64,000 nucleotides of DNA. It comes from a virus (taxonomy: Duplodnaviria; Caudoviricetes). The notes beneath the pieces were generated by a model. The model ran no database searches. It saw only the letters and a list, made by a program, of their open reading frames with translations, and had not been told where the DNA came from. This document shows, in pieces, positions 29,272 to 36,956 of the stretch (position 1 is the first letter of the stretch; each line of letters starts with the position of its first letter). The stretch spans positions 1,328 through 65,327 of IMG/VR virus record IMGVR_UViG_2757320360_000002; one strand, written 5' to 3'. Both the position numbers and the translations under genes were made by a program.

Positions 29272-29800
29272 GGCGCTTGGCGTCTTTCACGCCGAAGGTG
29301 ATGGCGACAGGTGTTGGTGCGTCGTCGTCCGGCTTCACGTCCTTGCTGGCTTTCAGCAGGTTCATGCCGATCTCGGCGGCGCCGTTGGCCATCCTGGTCA
29401 GCACGGCGATATCACCCAAGGCCAAGCGGCTCTTGTCGTCCAGCGGCTCGGCGTCATCGATCTCGCCAGCCTTGTTGTGCGCAATGCCGGACAGCCGGTG
29501 CGCGGTGGCAGCGCCATATCGTGCGGCTCCAGCCAGGTGCATCGAGATTTCTTTCAACTCATCGGCCAAAGTGCGCGCACTTATCTGCGCACCAATCGGT
29601 AGCGCACTAAATGCAGACTCTGCTGCAACCAATTGATTTGCAACATCTTTTATTTGTTTCGTCTGCGCACCAAAGCGTTTTCTGATCGCGGCTTCGGATA
29701 CGCCGAACTCTCTGGCAAGCGCTCTGGCTGCCTCCCCCTTGAGGAGGCGCTGCCCTATCGATGCCCACTGCTTTTCGGTCAGTGCTGATTTGCGCCCCAT
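29252..29800 (-). CDS. terS: Terminase small subunit
   Basis: N-terminal HTH (MGRKSALT..LAREFGVSEAAIR); overlaps TerL start. Confidence 0.85.
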   Translation of the reverse strand: MGRKSALTEKQWASIGQRLLKGEAARALAREFGVSEAAIRKRFGAQTKQIKDVANQLVAAESAFSALPIGAQISARTLADELKEISMHLAGAARYGAATAHRLSGIAHNKAGEIDDAEPLDDKSRLALGDIAVLTRMANGAAEIGMNLLKASKDVKPDDDAPTPVAITFGVKDAKRHDDNPV

Positions 29801-29818
29801 GTATATTCCATTTCTTTG

Positions 29819-30067
29819 CTACGGGGATGGCTCCACGTCGAGCATCACGGGCGGCATCGTTGCGCCCACCACCCACAGCCGCACGGCGCCGCCGGCGTTC
29901 AGCGCGGCCAGTTCGCCGGCATCCGGCCGCCAGTACGACAGCACGGCAGGCAGGTCGCCTACGTGCGTGCGCGTGATCGGCAGCGCGTTGCACGGCAGTT
30001 CGGACTGGTCCCAGCCTGCAGGTGCGCCGAGCACGCCGTTATTCGATGGGTGTTGGATTTTCTGCAT
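29819..30067 (-). CDS. Conserved phage hypothetical protein
   Basis: GAPAGWDQ..C.ALP..SYWRP..EL..LNAGG pattern. Confidence 0.7.
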   Translation of the reverse strand: MQKIQHPSNNGVLGAPAGWDQSELPCNALPITRTHVGDLPAVLSYWRPDAGELAALNAGGAVRLWVVGATMPPVMLDVEPSP

Positions 30068-30214
30068 GGCTGCTTTCGTTGTGCCACCGCCCGCCCCCCC
30101 CCCAGCAGGCGCCGCAGTGCATCGCGGCTGGAGTCCTCTGGATCTTTGCTACGTCGGTGAGCTGCGCCCGTTTCTTCAAGCTCTGCCACTGGAGCGCGCT
30201 GGCAGGTCGCGTCG

Positions 30215-30724
30215 TTACTCTGCTTGCGAGACGTCGCAGCGAAGCAGGCATTCCATGGGGAATGAATCACCCATAGCCAAGCCGTCAATATGCCATGTGC
30301 AGGCGACTGCCCTTCCGTCATACGTCATACCGATCACCGTCATTACAGGTCCGCCGGAATTCAGCACAACTTGAGTGCCGGGAATCGCTAACCGTAGCGC
30401 GCATTTTTTCGCTTCGTAGTTGATGCCGCCGCGCCGGGCATGCTTCATCATGGCCTGGTGCGCAGCCTCGGTGCGCTCGCGCATCCAGGCATCGAAGCCG
30501 TCGTCAGCGTGGCATTGGGCGATAAACACCGACACGCTTCCGTGCGCGGTCTCAGCCAGCGCATCGCCGGTTGCCTCGCTGATGAGAATGTGCCCGGCGC
30601 GATCCGTCGCGTAGATGATGACCTCGCCGAGCTCTTCATCGGCCATCGTGCACATGCTGATCGGGGCGCCGTTGAAAAATACCGTTGCCCGGTTTGCATC
30701 CGGGTCGCCTACTGTGATGCGCAT
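30215..30724 (-). CDS. Protein with C-terminal YodC/DUF2158-like domain
   Basis: G.QVVLNSGGPVMTV..CTW..F..E.L; GGAG RBS. Confidence 0.7.
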   Translation of the reverse strand: MRITVGDPDANRATVFFNGAPISMCTMADEELGEVIIYATDRAGHILISEATGDALAETAHGSVSVFIAQCHADDGFDAWMRERTEAAHQAMMKHARRGGINYEAKKCALRLAIPGTQVVLNSGGPVMTVIGMTYDGRAVACTWHIDGLAMGDSFPMECLLRCDVSQAE

Positions 30725-30733
30725 GGGATCTCC

Positions 30734-30856
30734 TTATGCAGTGAACGTGTGCAGCGCCGGCTTGGCCATCGCCCACAACCAGGGCCAGGCCAGCAGCACG
30801 ATGGCGACGATGGCGCCGTCGATCACGGCGCCCGCCAGAACGAAGGTGATAATCAT
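30734..30856 (-). CDS. 40-aa membrane peptide
   Basis: MIITFVLAGAVIDGAIVAIVLLAWPWLWAMAKPALHTFTA, read manually; below ORF-track cutoff. Confidence 0.5.
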   Translation of the reverse strand: MIITFVLAGAVIDGAIVAIVLLAWPWLWAMAKPALHTFTA

Positions 30857-30879
30857 CCGGCGAAGTCAATATCGTAGAT

Positions 30880-31077
30880 TTAACGCACCACTTCCGCATA
30901 GACCGTGCCGAATGGCTGGAATTGCAATATGAACTTGTCATCATCTGCGTGCTGCTTGTATTCGATAGGCAGAAGCTCCCCGGAGCCGTTGGTGTCGAAG
31001 ACGCGTACGATCTTGCCGTTTGCTTGGTACTCGAACTCGCCTGGATTCACTAAGGCTGCTGGGGTAATGACGTTCAT
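30880..31077 (-). CDS. Hypothetical protein
   Basis: 65-aa ORF with GAGG RBS. Confidence 0.55.
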   Translation of the reverse strand: MNVITPAALVNPGEFEYQANGKIVRVFDTNGSGELLPIEYKQHADDDKFILQFQPFGTVYAEVVR

Positions 31078-31092
31078 GATTTGCGTACCTCA

Positions 31093-31130
31093 AATAAGAA
31101 AGCCGCCAGCGCAGTGATGCGGCTGGCGGC
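31093..31130 (-). terminator. Hairpin terminator downstream of tRNA
   Basis: GCCGCCAGC/GCTGGCGGC 9-bp stem followed by TTTCTTATT on minus strand. Confidence 0.65.
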
Positions 31131-31158
31131 GAAACCCGGCGTGCCGGGCAAGGAGACC

Positions 31159-31233
31159 TGGAGCGGGTGACGGGCCTCGAACACGCGTCGGCGGCTTGGA
31201 AGGCCAGCGCTCTACCACTTGAGCTGCGCCCGC
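31159..31233 (-). tRNA. Degenerate tRNA-Gly(TCC) with encoded CCA
   Basis: 75-nt cloverleaf, anticodon TCC at 31200-31198, U73-CCA; mismatches C6xA67, C27xC43, U52xC62 and C at position 8. Confidence 0.85.
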
Positions 31234-31241
31234 GAAATCTG

Positions 31242-31421
31242 CTAAAAATCGGTATCGGCATCCAGCATGCGCTGGAACTGGCGCACCACGTCTACGTCGA
31301 GTTGGTCGATCACATCTTGGTGCGTTGGAGGCTCGGGCAGCACCACGTCAGCGACGATGGCGGCCACCTCATGCGGCGCACGGCGCCAGCGGAGGTACTT
31401 GAGGAATTCGGCTGCAGCCAT
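31242..31421 (-). CDS. 59-aa hypothetical protein, first ORF of late transcript
   Basis: MAAAEFLKYLRWRRAPHEVAAIV.., GAGG RBS, read manually. Confidence 0.55.
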   Translation of the reverse strand: MAAAEFLKYLRWRRAPHEVAAIVADVVLPEPPTHQDVIDQLDVDVVRQFQRMLDADTDF

Positions 31422-31449
31422 GCCTGCCTCGAAAGTGAACGCGCAATAG

Positions 31450-31480
31450 AAAAAACCACCTCAAGGGTGGTTTCGTTTTT
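31450..31480. terminator. Bidirectional terminator, likely the Q-overridden late-leader terminator
   Basis: AAACCACC-tcaag-GGTGGTTT with A and T tracts on both sides. Confidence 0.75.
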
Positions 31481-31513
31481 ACTCCCATGACAATCTGCAT
31501 GGTGAGCTACACA

Positions 31514-31519
31514 ATTTTA
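31514..31519 (-). promoter_or_regulatory. Possible -10 of late promoter (pR'-like)
   Basis: TAAAAT about 35 nt upstream of the terminator and downstream of Q; no convincing -35. Confidence 0.35.
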
Positions 31520-31683
31520 CCCCGAGCGAATCCATCAAAAGATGGGCGCTTAACGGAACCTTGCTATCGGTGGCGCTATCGCGCGCATTACGAGTGCAGG
31601 AAATGTCTCAGAATTTTAGGACATATCTTTATCCGACGCAATGCTTTTCTCACTGTTGCGTTAATGCTGCATCAATTATTGTG

Positions 31684-31712
31684 TTGACTTATAGATAATA
31701 TGAAACTACTAT
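31684..31712 (+). promoter_or_regulatory. Sigma70 promoter of moron gene
   Basis: TTGACT-17 nt-TACTAT. Confidence 0.75.
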
Positions 31713-31759
31713 TGGTATTCTTTATTTTTTAATAACGAAAACATTAAAATGAGGATATC

Positions 31760-32500
31760 ATGCGTATAACTTTCGCCGCAGTCATGATTTTTTTCGTATC
31801 AAATTTATCAGTTGCCGAGCAATTACAGATTACAGATACGCCAGCGGGAATTACAACAAATTCGGAAGAGAGTGACGCTGATGCGAAGGTTAAAGCTGCT
31901 GAAAAATTGTTAGCTGAGGCTAAAGCTGAGCAAGCGGCGGCGGCACAAAGAAAAGCGAATGCAAAGGCCAAGATCGAAACGGGAACGGCAGCGATCGAAA
32001 AAAAAAGCGAAGTGCCCCCTCCGCCGCCACCTCCACCTATAAATGAAAATGAGTTCTGGAACGATTGGGGTGTGGGCTTATCAGTATCAACGAAGCTTGG
32101 AAAAAAGGGGCGCGCCCTTGATGAGGCCCAACTTGTTAACGGAATTGTAAGGGTCACCAGTGAACGCGATGTCGTCCCTCGTTTGATGCTTGAGAGGCAT
32201 TGGTACCTACAAGATAGTGACTTTGCAGGTGGAATGGCGGGCGTCTTCGTGGGAACAAGCCTACTAGGAGATAAGAAACTATTGGACTCTGTTTCATTAG
32301 GTCTGATATGGGGCTTCAAGCCCAGGGGCGGAAACAAAGTCCGACACAATATAGGCGTGGGAATAGCAGTCGAGCCATACTCGAGAACTCTGGGCGATGG
32401 GCTCGAAATAAACGCTCCGCTACCAGCGGGAGAAACCTCAATAAGATACAAAGAGAGAAATAGGATGGCGGCGGTAGTATTTTATACCTTCACTCCATAA
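31760..32500 (+). CDS. AT-rich moron: exported protein with coiled coil, poly-Pro linker and amphipathic beta-strand domain
   Basis: Signal peptide, GAGGA RBS, own promoter, opposite orientation to late operon. Confidence 0.8.
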   Translation: MRITFAAVMIFFVSNLSVAEQLQITDTPAGITTNSEESDADAKVKAAEKLLAEAKAEQAAAAQRKANAKAKIETGTAAIEKKSEVPPPPPPPPINENEFWNDWGVGLSVSTKLGKKGRALDEAQLVNGIVRVTSERDVVPRLMLERHWYLQDSDFAGGMAGVFVGTSLLGDKKLLDSVSLGLIWGFKPRGGNKVRHNIGVGIAVEPYSRTLGDGLEINAPLPAGETSIRYKERNRMAAVVFYTFTP

Positions 32501-32502
32501 TT

Positions 32503-33051
32503 TTAGTCAAAGTTCAATAATAGCCGCTTTGCAGCGCGGCTATTATGAGACTGAACCAGACACTCTAGATCACTTACCATATCCTGAATGCGCTCGCGCT
32601 CAAACCCACCAGCGCATTGCACCTCCCCCTTGCCACCTCCCTTGCACGGCGCGCAGAACTGCCGATTGCTCGTCACGCCCGTTCCATGGCAAGCAACACA
32701 TTTCCCATCGAGCCAATGCGCAAGCGACGCGTGCGCCACGCGGTGATACAGGGCATGGGCGGCTTGTTGGTCCCATGCCGTGTTCGCCTTCACCCAGCCA
32801 CGCGAGCGACCTTTCTCTGCTACAGCCGCAGTCCAGATGCGCAGCAGCTGAGCCAAATTCGACGAGCCACTTTCGAAGAGCTGGCGCGCTGCACCGTCCG
32901 CGTACTTCACGCGCGACAGCAAGGCGCCCAGGCCAGCGCCCGACCGATCAGCCAGTGCCGCAGCCGCGAGCGCCTCCGTGAGGTGATGCCGCTCATCGTC
33001 TTTCAGGTTGGACGAGTTGATCGATGCGATATACTTTTCTGCGAAGCCCAT
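32503..33051 (-). CDS. Late antitermination protein Q-like
   Basis: Position before late leader; WLDGKCVACHGTG..CAPCKGGG zinc finger; AAAGGG RBS before ATG 33051. Confidence 0.75.
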   Translation of the reverse strand: MGFAEKYIASINSSNLKDDERHHLTEALAAAALADRSGAGLGALLSRVKYADGAARQLFESGSSNLAQLLRIWTAAVAEKGRSRGWVKANTAWDQQAAHALYHRVAHASLAHWLDGKCVACHGTGVTSNRQFCAPCKGGGKGEVQCAGGFERERIQDMVSDLECLVQSHNSRAAKRLLLNFD

Positions 33052-33128
33052 GAATTCCCTTTCGTTCCGTACGTCAACGTTAACACCCTTTTTAGCCCTG
33101 CGCCAGCCCTGCCACTCCTCGGAGCCGC

Positions 33129-33554
33129 TCATACCCGCAGCACGCCGGTTCGGTTGAATTCGCGCACGGCCGCCAGTCCAGCACGCGCAATCTCGACGTT
33201 CGACGCGCCACGCAGGAAGACCATGGTCTTGCCGACGCCCTCGCGCAGCACACGCATTTCATCGCCGTTGACGCCGAAGGTGCCCGTGCGCTGTGCGCGC
33301 GCCTGGATTTCTGCGATCGCTTCGACCATGGCCTGAGCCACCGGCAGGATGACATGGCCGTTTGGCGCAATGCGGCGCGCCATGTCGGCGTTGCTCAGCA
33401 GATCGTAGACGTGCTGCTCCTGGAAGTGCCCCTTCCCCATCGCCTCGCTGGCCTGGAAGCCTGGCATTTCGAATGCCATGGCCGGGCGGGCGCCTGGTGG
33501 CAGCACGGCCGGCTTCGGGGTGTACCGCTTGCGCGGCTTCTTGTTCGCGGCCAT
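33129..33554 (-). CDS. Hypothetical protein
   Basis: MAANKKPRKRY start coupled to upstream stop (TGATG). Confidence 0.7.
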   Translation of the reverse strand: MAANKKPRKRYTPKPAVLPPGARPAMAFEMPGFQASEAMGKGHFQEQHVYDLLSNADMARRIAPNGHVILPVAQAMVEAIAEIQARAQRTGTFGVNGDEMRVLREGVGKTMVFLRGASNVEIARAGLAAVREFNRTGVLRV

Positions 33555-33901
33555 CAGAATTCCTCCACTTTCCAACCGCCGCCCGCCTTCTTCGGCAGCG
33601 CCTGCACGGCGACGAAGCGCAGCGGATACATGTCGGCTGCGATCTTGATCTTTGCTCGAGCATCCTCTTGCCAGTAGCCTTTCACTTCGTGCGCCTCCAG
33701 CGCGCCGTCGGCCAGCTGCACGGCAAAATCCGGCGTGTAAAACGTGTTGTCCGCCAGGCGGAATTTCAGGCCTTCGAACTTGTACCAGGCCACCTCGCCG
33801 GCGGCCTTGCGCAGTTCTAGCGTCTGCGCATACGCGGCTTCGGTCTTGTTCATGGCGCCGACCTTGAGGCGACCCAGCGCCTGCAAGCCACGGGCCATCA
33901 T
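33554..33901 (-). CDS. DUF1064-like PD-(D/E)XK nuclease
   Basis: MNKTEAAY..YTPDF..HEVKG.W motif. Confidence 0.85.
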   Translation of the reverse strand: MMARGLQALGRLKVGAMNKTEAAYAQTLELRKAAGEVAWYKFEGLKFRLADNTFYTPDFAVQLADGALEAHEVKGYWQEDARAKIKIAADMYPLRFVAVQALPKKAGGGWKVEEF

Positions 33902-34251
33902 TGGCCCGCCTCCAGCGCACGGATAATTGCTCGCACGATGGCGACCCGCGCAGCCGCATCGGCTGTAGCGTGGTCCGCGATCGCCTCAAATGCCGCGCCC
34001 TTTTCGTAATCGCGTGCGGTCGCCACCGCGTCAAGCCCTGTGAAGCCGACGCTCATCGAGAACTGTCCGATCAACGGCCCGGCCGCCGCCCATTCGCCAG
34101 CCCAGTCGGGCACCAGTGCCTGGCCACGGCTTTCGGCGGCGCCCGCCGGCGGCGTGCCGACCAGAGCGCCGCCCACCTCGACAATGTTGGACCAGCCCAG
34201 CAGCTCGGCCAGGCATTTGTTTGCTGCGATTGTGTTTTCTTGATTTTGCAT
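33898..34251 (-). CDS. Hypothetical protein (NinX/ABA-sandwich-like)
   Basis: LAELLGW..VPDW..W.AAGPLI..A..AIVRA pattern; GAGG RBS. Confidence 0.55.
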   Translation of the reverse strand: MQNQENTIAANKCLAELLGWSNIVEVGGALVGTPPAGAAESRGQALVPDWAGEWAAAGPLIGQFSMSVGFTGLDAVATARDYEKGAAFEAIADHATADAAARVAIVRAIIRALEAGQ

Positions 34252-34356
34252 AGAGCCTCTGTATTCAATTCTTTTCGTATCGGATGAGGCTTGGTGGCGG
34301 CCCCACCACGTTCGTGCTGTAGCGAACCGCTCCACAAGCCTGAGCAGCTTTCTCCG

Positions 34357-35001
34357 TTATGCAGCGCGCCCATTGATGCGTGCCAGCGGCGCTGCGAGTG
34401 TGCCGACTGGCGCCATGGCGATGATTTGCTGCGACGTTCCACCCGCCATCACCTGAGCGGCCAACCTTTGATCGCCGATCATCATCGGCGGCTCCACACC
34501 AAAGCCGGCGCGCTGGTTTTGCGCTTCCGTCAAGCCCACCATCACCGGCGTGTAATCCGGCCGTTCGTTGCGCATGCGGTAGCCGCGGTAACGGTTTTCG
34601 AATTCCTTGCCGACGAATGGCCATTCGTGTTCCGTCTTTGCCCCCAGCGATACCCAGCCGCCCATCTCAACCAGCACGCGGTGGATCAGCGGGTCATCGA
34701 ACACGACGCTTCGGTATGGGCCGACGACGCGCAGTGCGCGGTCGACCTTCGACCAGGCCACGAGTGCCGAATCCTGCGTGGTTCCGCCCATCATCCGGAT
34801 CAGGTCGGCCGGCTTCGGCGCAAACTGGCCGGTATCGGGGTTGCGGACGTGGCGATCAAATGCCTGGCGCACAGCTGTCAGGTCGTACTGGCGCAGCGCG
34901 CCCCACCAGATCGTAATGGCGAACTCGCTTGCGGCCCTGCCGTACAGTTCGGTGATTGCGCCCACCATGCCCGCAAATTCCTCGTAGTCATCCTGCGTCA
35001 T
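34357..35001 (-). CDS. Replication protein P-like / DUF6475
   Basis: GQFAPKPADLI..GPYRSVVFDDPLIH.V...GGW pattern; follows initiator. Confidence 0.75.
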   Translation of the reverse strand: MTQDDYEEFAGMVGAITELYGRAASEFAITIWWGALRQYDLTAVRQAFDRHVRNPDTGQFAPKPADLIRMMGGTTQDSALVAWSKVDRALRVVGPYRSVVFDDPLIHRVLVEMGGWVSLGAKTEHEWPFVGKEFENRYRGYRMRNERPDYTPVMVGLTEAQNQRAGFGVEPPMMIGDQRLAAQVMAGGTSQQIIAMAPVGTLAAPLARINGRAA

Positions 35002-35794
35002 GCTTTTCTCCCTGCGGTGCTGCGTTACCGAAGATTCGGACTTTGGCGCGCTCAGCGGCGGCCATCGTTTGGGCGTAGACCGTACTGGAACCCGGCCCTG
35101 TTCGCACGGCGTGCTGGGTGATCCATTCGGCTTTGAACCCACGCCAGCCACGTTCGCAGCAAATGCGCAAAGCGCCTTCCAGGTCCAGTCCTGCCTTCTC
35201 GGCTTCGCGCACGATGCCCTGGATGGCCGTCCGCGTTATTGGCGCCTTGTGTTTCGTTCGCAGGGCCTTGAAATCGGCGACGATCTGCGGATCGACGTCG
35301 GGAAACAGGGAATCGGGAGCCGGAGGCGACTTGTCTTTTGTCTTTACTGGTTTATGGTTATTGGTTATTGGTTCTTGGTTAGTTTTTGATCCGGTTTCAG
35401 CTGGGTTGCCGGTAGCATCCGAATCAGAACCGGATGGAAACCCGCTGGGTTCTTGATTGGTTGCCGTTTGCTTGCGCGGGCGACCGCCCAGCTTGCCATT
35501 TGCTTTCGCTGTCTCTGCCTTGACTTGGTAGTCCGCAATCACCTGTTCGCAGACGTCGTGCCGGTAGCCCGCATCTGTCTTGAGGAACTTGAAGCGAAGC
35601 AGTCGCTCGACAATCGCGCGCTCGTCCGCCGCCTCGACGCCCAAGGCGTCGCACAGCACATCTATGTCGAGCGGGAGTGGTGCCTCGACGTCGTAGTAGA
35701 CGTCCATCATGTCGCGATATATCCAGCGCGCCTGGCGAGACATGTTCACTGTCCCAGAGCGAAAGTCGCCGATGTGGAAGGGGTAATAATTCAA
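34988..35794 (-). CDS. Replication initiator (YdaU/DUF1376, O-like)
   Basis: MNYYPFHIGDF..YRDMMDVYY motif; TTG start overlapping upstream stop. Confidence 0.85.
   Translation of the reverse strand: MNYYPFHIGDFRSGTVNMSRQARWIYRDMMDVYYDVEAPLPLDIDVLCDALGVEAADERAIVERLLRFKFLKTDAGYRHDVCEQVIADYQVKAETAKANGKLGGRPRKQTATNQEPSGFPSGSDSDATGNPAETGSKTNQEPITNNHKPVKTKDKSPPAPDSLFPDVDPQIVADFKALRTKHKAPITRTAIQGIVREAEKAGLDLEGALRICCERGWRGFKAEWITQHAVRTGPGSSTVYAQTMAAAERAKVRIFGNAAPQGEKHDAG
35348..35382. repeat. Five tandem 7-bp TGGTTNN units inside initiator gene; probable origin
   Basis: tggttta tggttat tggttat tggttct tggttag. Confidence 0.7.
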
Positions 35795-36552
35795 GGCCGG
35801 GCCTCCATAAACAGTGATTCTTGAATCGGTGCCGTCTTGCGGTTCCAGAAAGTGAGCGCCTGGTGCGACTCGATCCGCTCGCGCATGATCGCCGCCCTCG
35901 CCTCCTTGGTTGGCGGCGTGTAGGTGCCGCGCCAGGCCGAATCAATACCCACGTTTTGCCCGATGTTCGTGCTGTCGGCACTGGCGAACGGGAAGCGCGA
36001 GAAGATAGCTGGGTCGAGCATACGCAGGCCGTGCAGCTTGCAGGCAGGTCTGCCAGATTTATCGCAGATGACGTCCATAGCCTGCGCCATGCGCGTCCAC
36101 CAGGCAGGTGTGCCGATCTGCGCAAACTCGCCAGAGCTGCCCAGGCAGATGCGCGGCCATTCGCTGACGAGGCGATCCAGGCGGCCCATCGATTCGTGCA
36201 AATGCCACACCGGCGCGCCGACATGCGGCGCCGATGTGCGCCATGGCCAATCGGCCAGCAGCGCGTCGTTGTCGGCCTCACCGCCATCAATGACGTCGGG
36301 GATCACCGCGAAATCGAAGTTCGGGTAACGGTGCAGCTCACTTACCCATTCGTAGAAGAGCGACCAGTCGGTGATGGGCTGGCCGCTGCGCCAGGCTGAA
36401 AACGCCCCGTTGTCGACGGCGAAGGACTGTGCCACCTCCAGGGCAATGGTCAACTGCTCTGGATGGCGGAATGAAACGAAGGCGTGCCCGCCGCTGACGG
36501 CGCGCACGGCGGCCGTGGCCGGCGTGATGGGTAATCCGTGATAATGGATCAT
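35791..36552 (-). CDS. TGT/DpdA-like TIM-barrel transglycosylase-family protein
   Basis: FAVDNGAFSAW, IPDVIDG, PVWH, ICLGS, LHGLRML and ADST recall the DSG(A/G)F, PVxH/Q, HxLG and FDS motifs of tRNA/DNA-guanine transglycosylases. Confidence 0.6.
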   Translation of the reverse strand: MIHYHGLPITPATAAVRAVSGGHAFVSFRHPEQLTIALEVAQSFAVDNGAFSAWRSGQPITDWSLFYEWVSELHRYPNFDFAVIPDVIDGGEADNDALLADWPWRTSAPHVGAPVWHLHESMGRLDRLVSEWPRICLGSSGEFAQIGTPAWWTRMAQAMDVICDKSGRPACKLHGLRMLDPAIFSRFPFASADSTNIGQNVGIDSAWRGTYTPPTKEARAAIMRERIESHQALTFWNRKTAPIQESLFMEARP

Positions 36553-36956
36553 GGGCGCGCCTCCTGCACGCGCGCCGCGCCGAAAAGCGCAGCCACCAGC
36601 GGATCGCCCACGGCGCCCGCCTTGCGGATCCAGTACTTGCTGCGCCAGCGCGCCTTCATCGAGTCCCAGCGGCCGTCCTGCTTGGCCTTGGCCTCGAAGC
36701 GCAGGCGAATCTGGCGCTTGGTCAGGTGCTGCAGTTTGCATGGCGCGTCCGGCAGATCACCCACGGCATAAACCGCCATGGCGGCGCCGGCGCGCGGGTG
36801 CGGCTTCCAACTGGAAATGTAAATCTTGCGGTCGGCATGCAGCAGGTGCACCCACCGCAGCACGGCCGCTTGACTGACGCCCGACTTGATGACAATCTCG
36901 GCTTTGGTACCGGGCATCGCGCCCAGCACGAATTCACTGAAATTTGCGCGCGTCAC
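36549..36956 (-). CDS. Winged-HTH-like DNA-binding protein
   Basis: PGTKAEIVIKSGVSQAAVLRWV helix-turn-helix; coupled at both ends. Confidence 0.6.
   Translation of the reverse strand: MTRANFSEFVLGAMPGTKAEIVIKSGVSQAAVLRWVHLLHADRKIYISSWKPHPRAGAAMAVYAVGDLPDAPCKLQHLTKRQIRLRFEAKAKQDGRWDSMKARWRSKYWIRKAGAVGDPLVAALFGAARVQEARP

Noticed and set aside
30094-30103. C10 tract as a phase-variation switch (an 11th base would fuse an upstream frame to the 29819-30067 ORF)
   Set aside because: The upstream frame has no credible start or RBS and the 82-aa gene has its own start; it may be neutral or a homopolymer error.
31159-31233. tRNA as attachment site or as substrate of the TGT-like enzyme
   Set aside because: It lies mid-genome, far from int; queuine-type exchange targets GUN anticodons, not UCC.
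31744-32451. 235-aa minus ORF under the 31760 moron as a fifth bridge
   Set aside because: It does not start at the Q stop (32503) or end at any gene start; its low-complexity content mirrors the moron.
35348-35382. Short tandem repeats as a CRISPR array
   Set aside because: 7-bp units without spacers inside the initiator gene; no cas genes. No CRISPR array was seen anywhere in the window.
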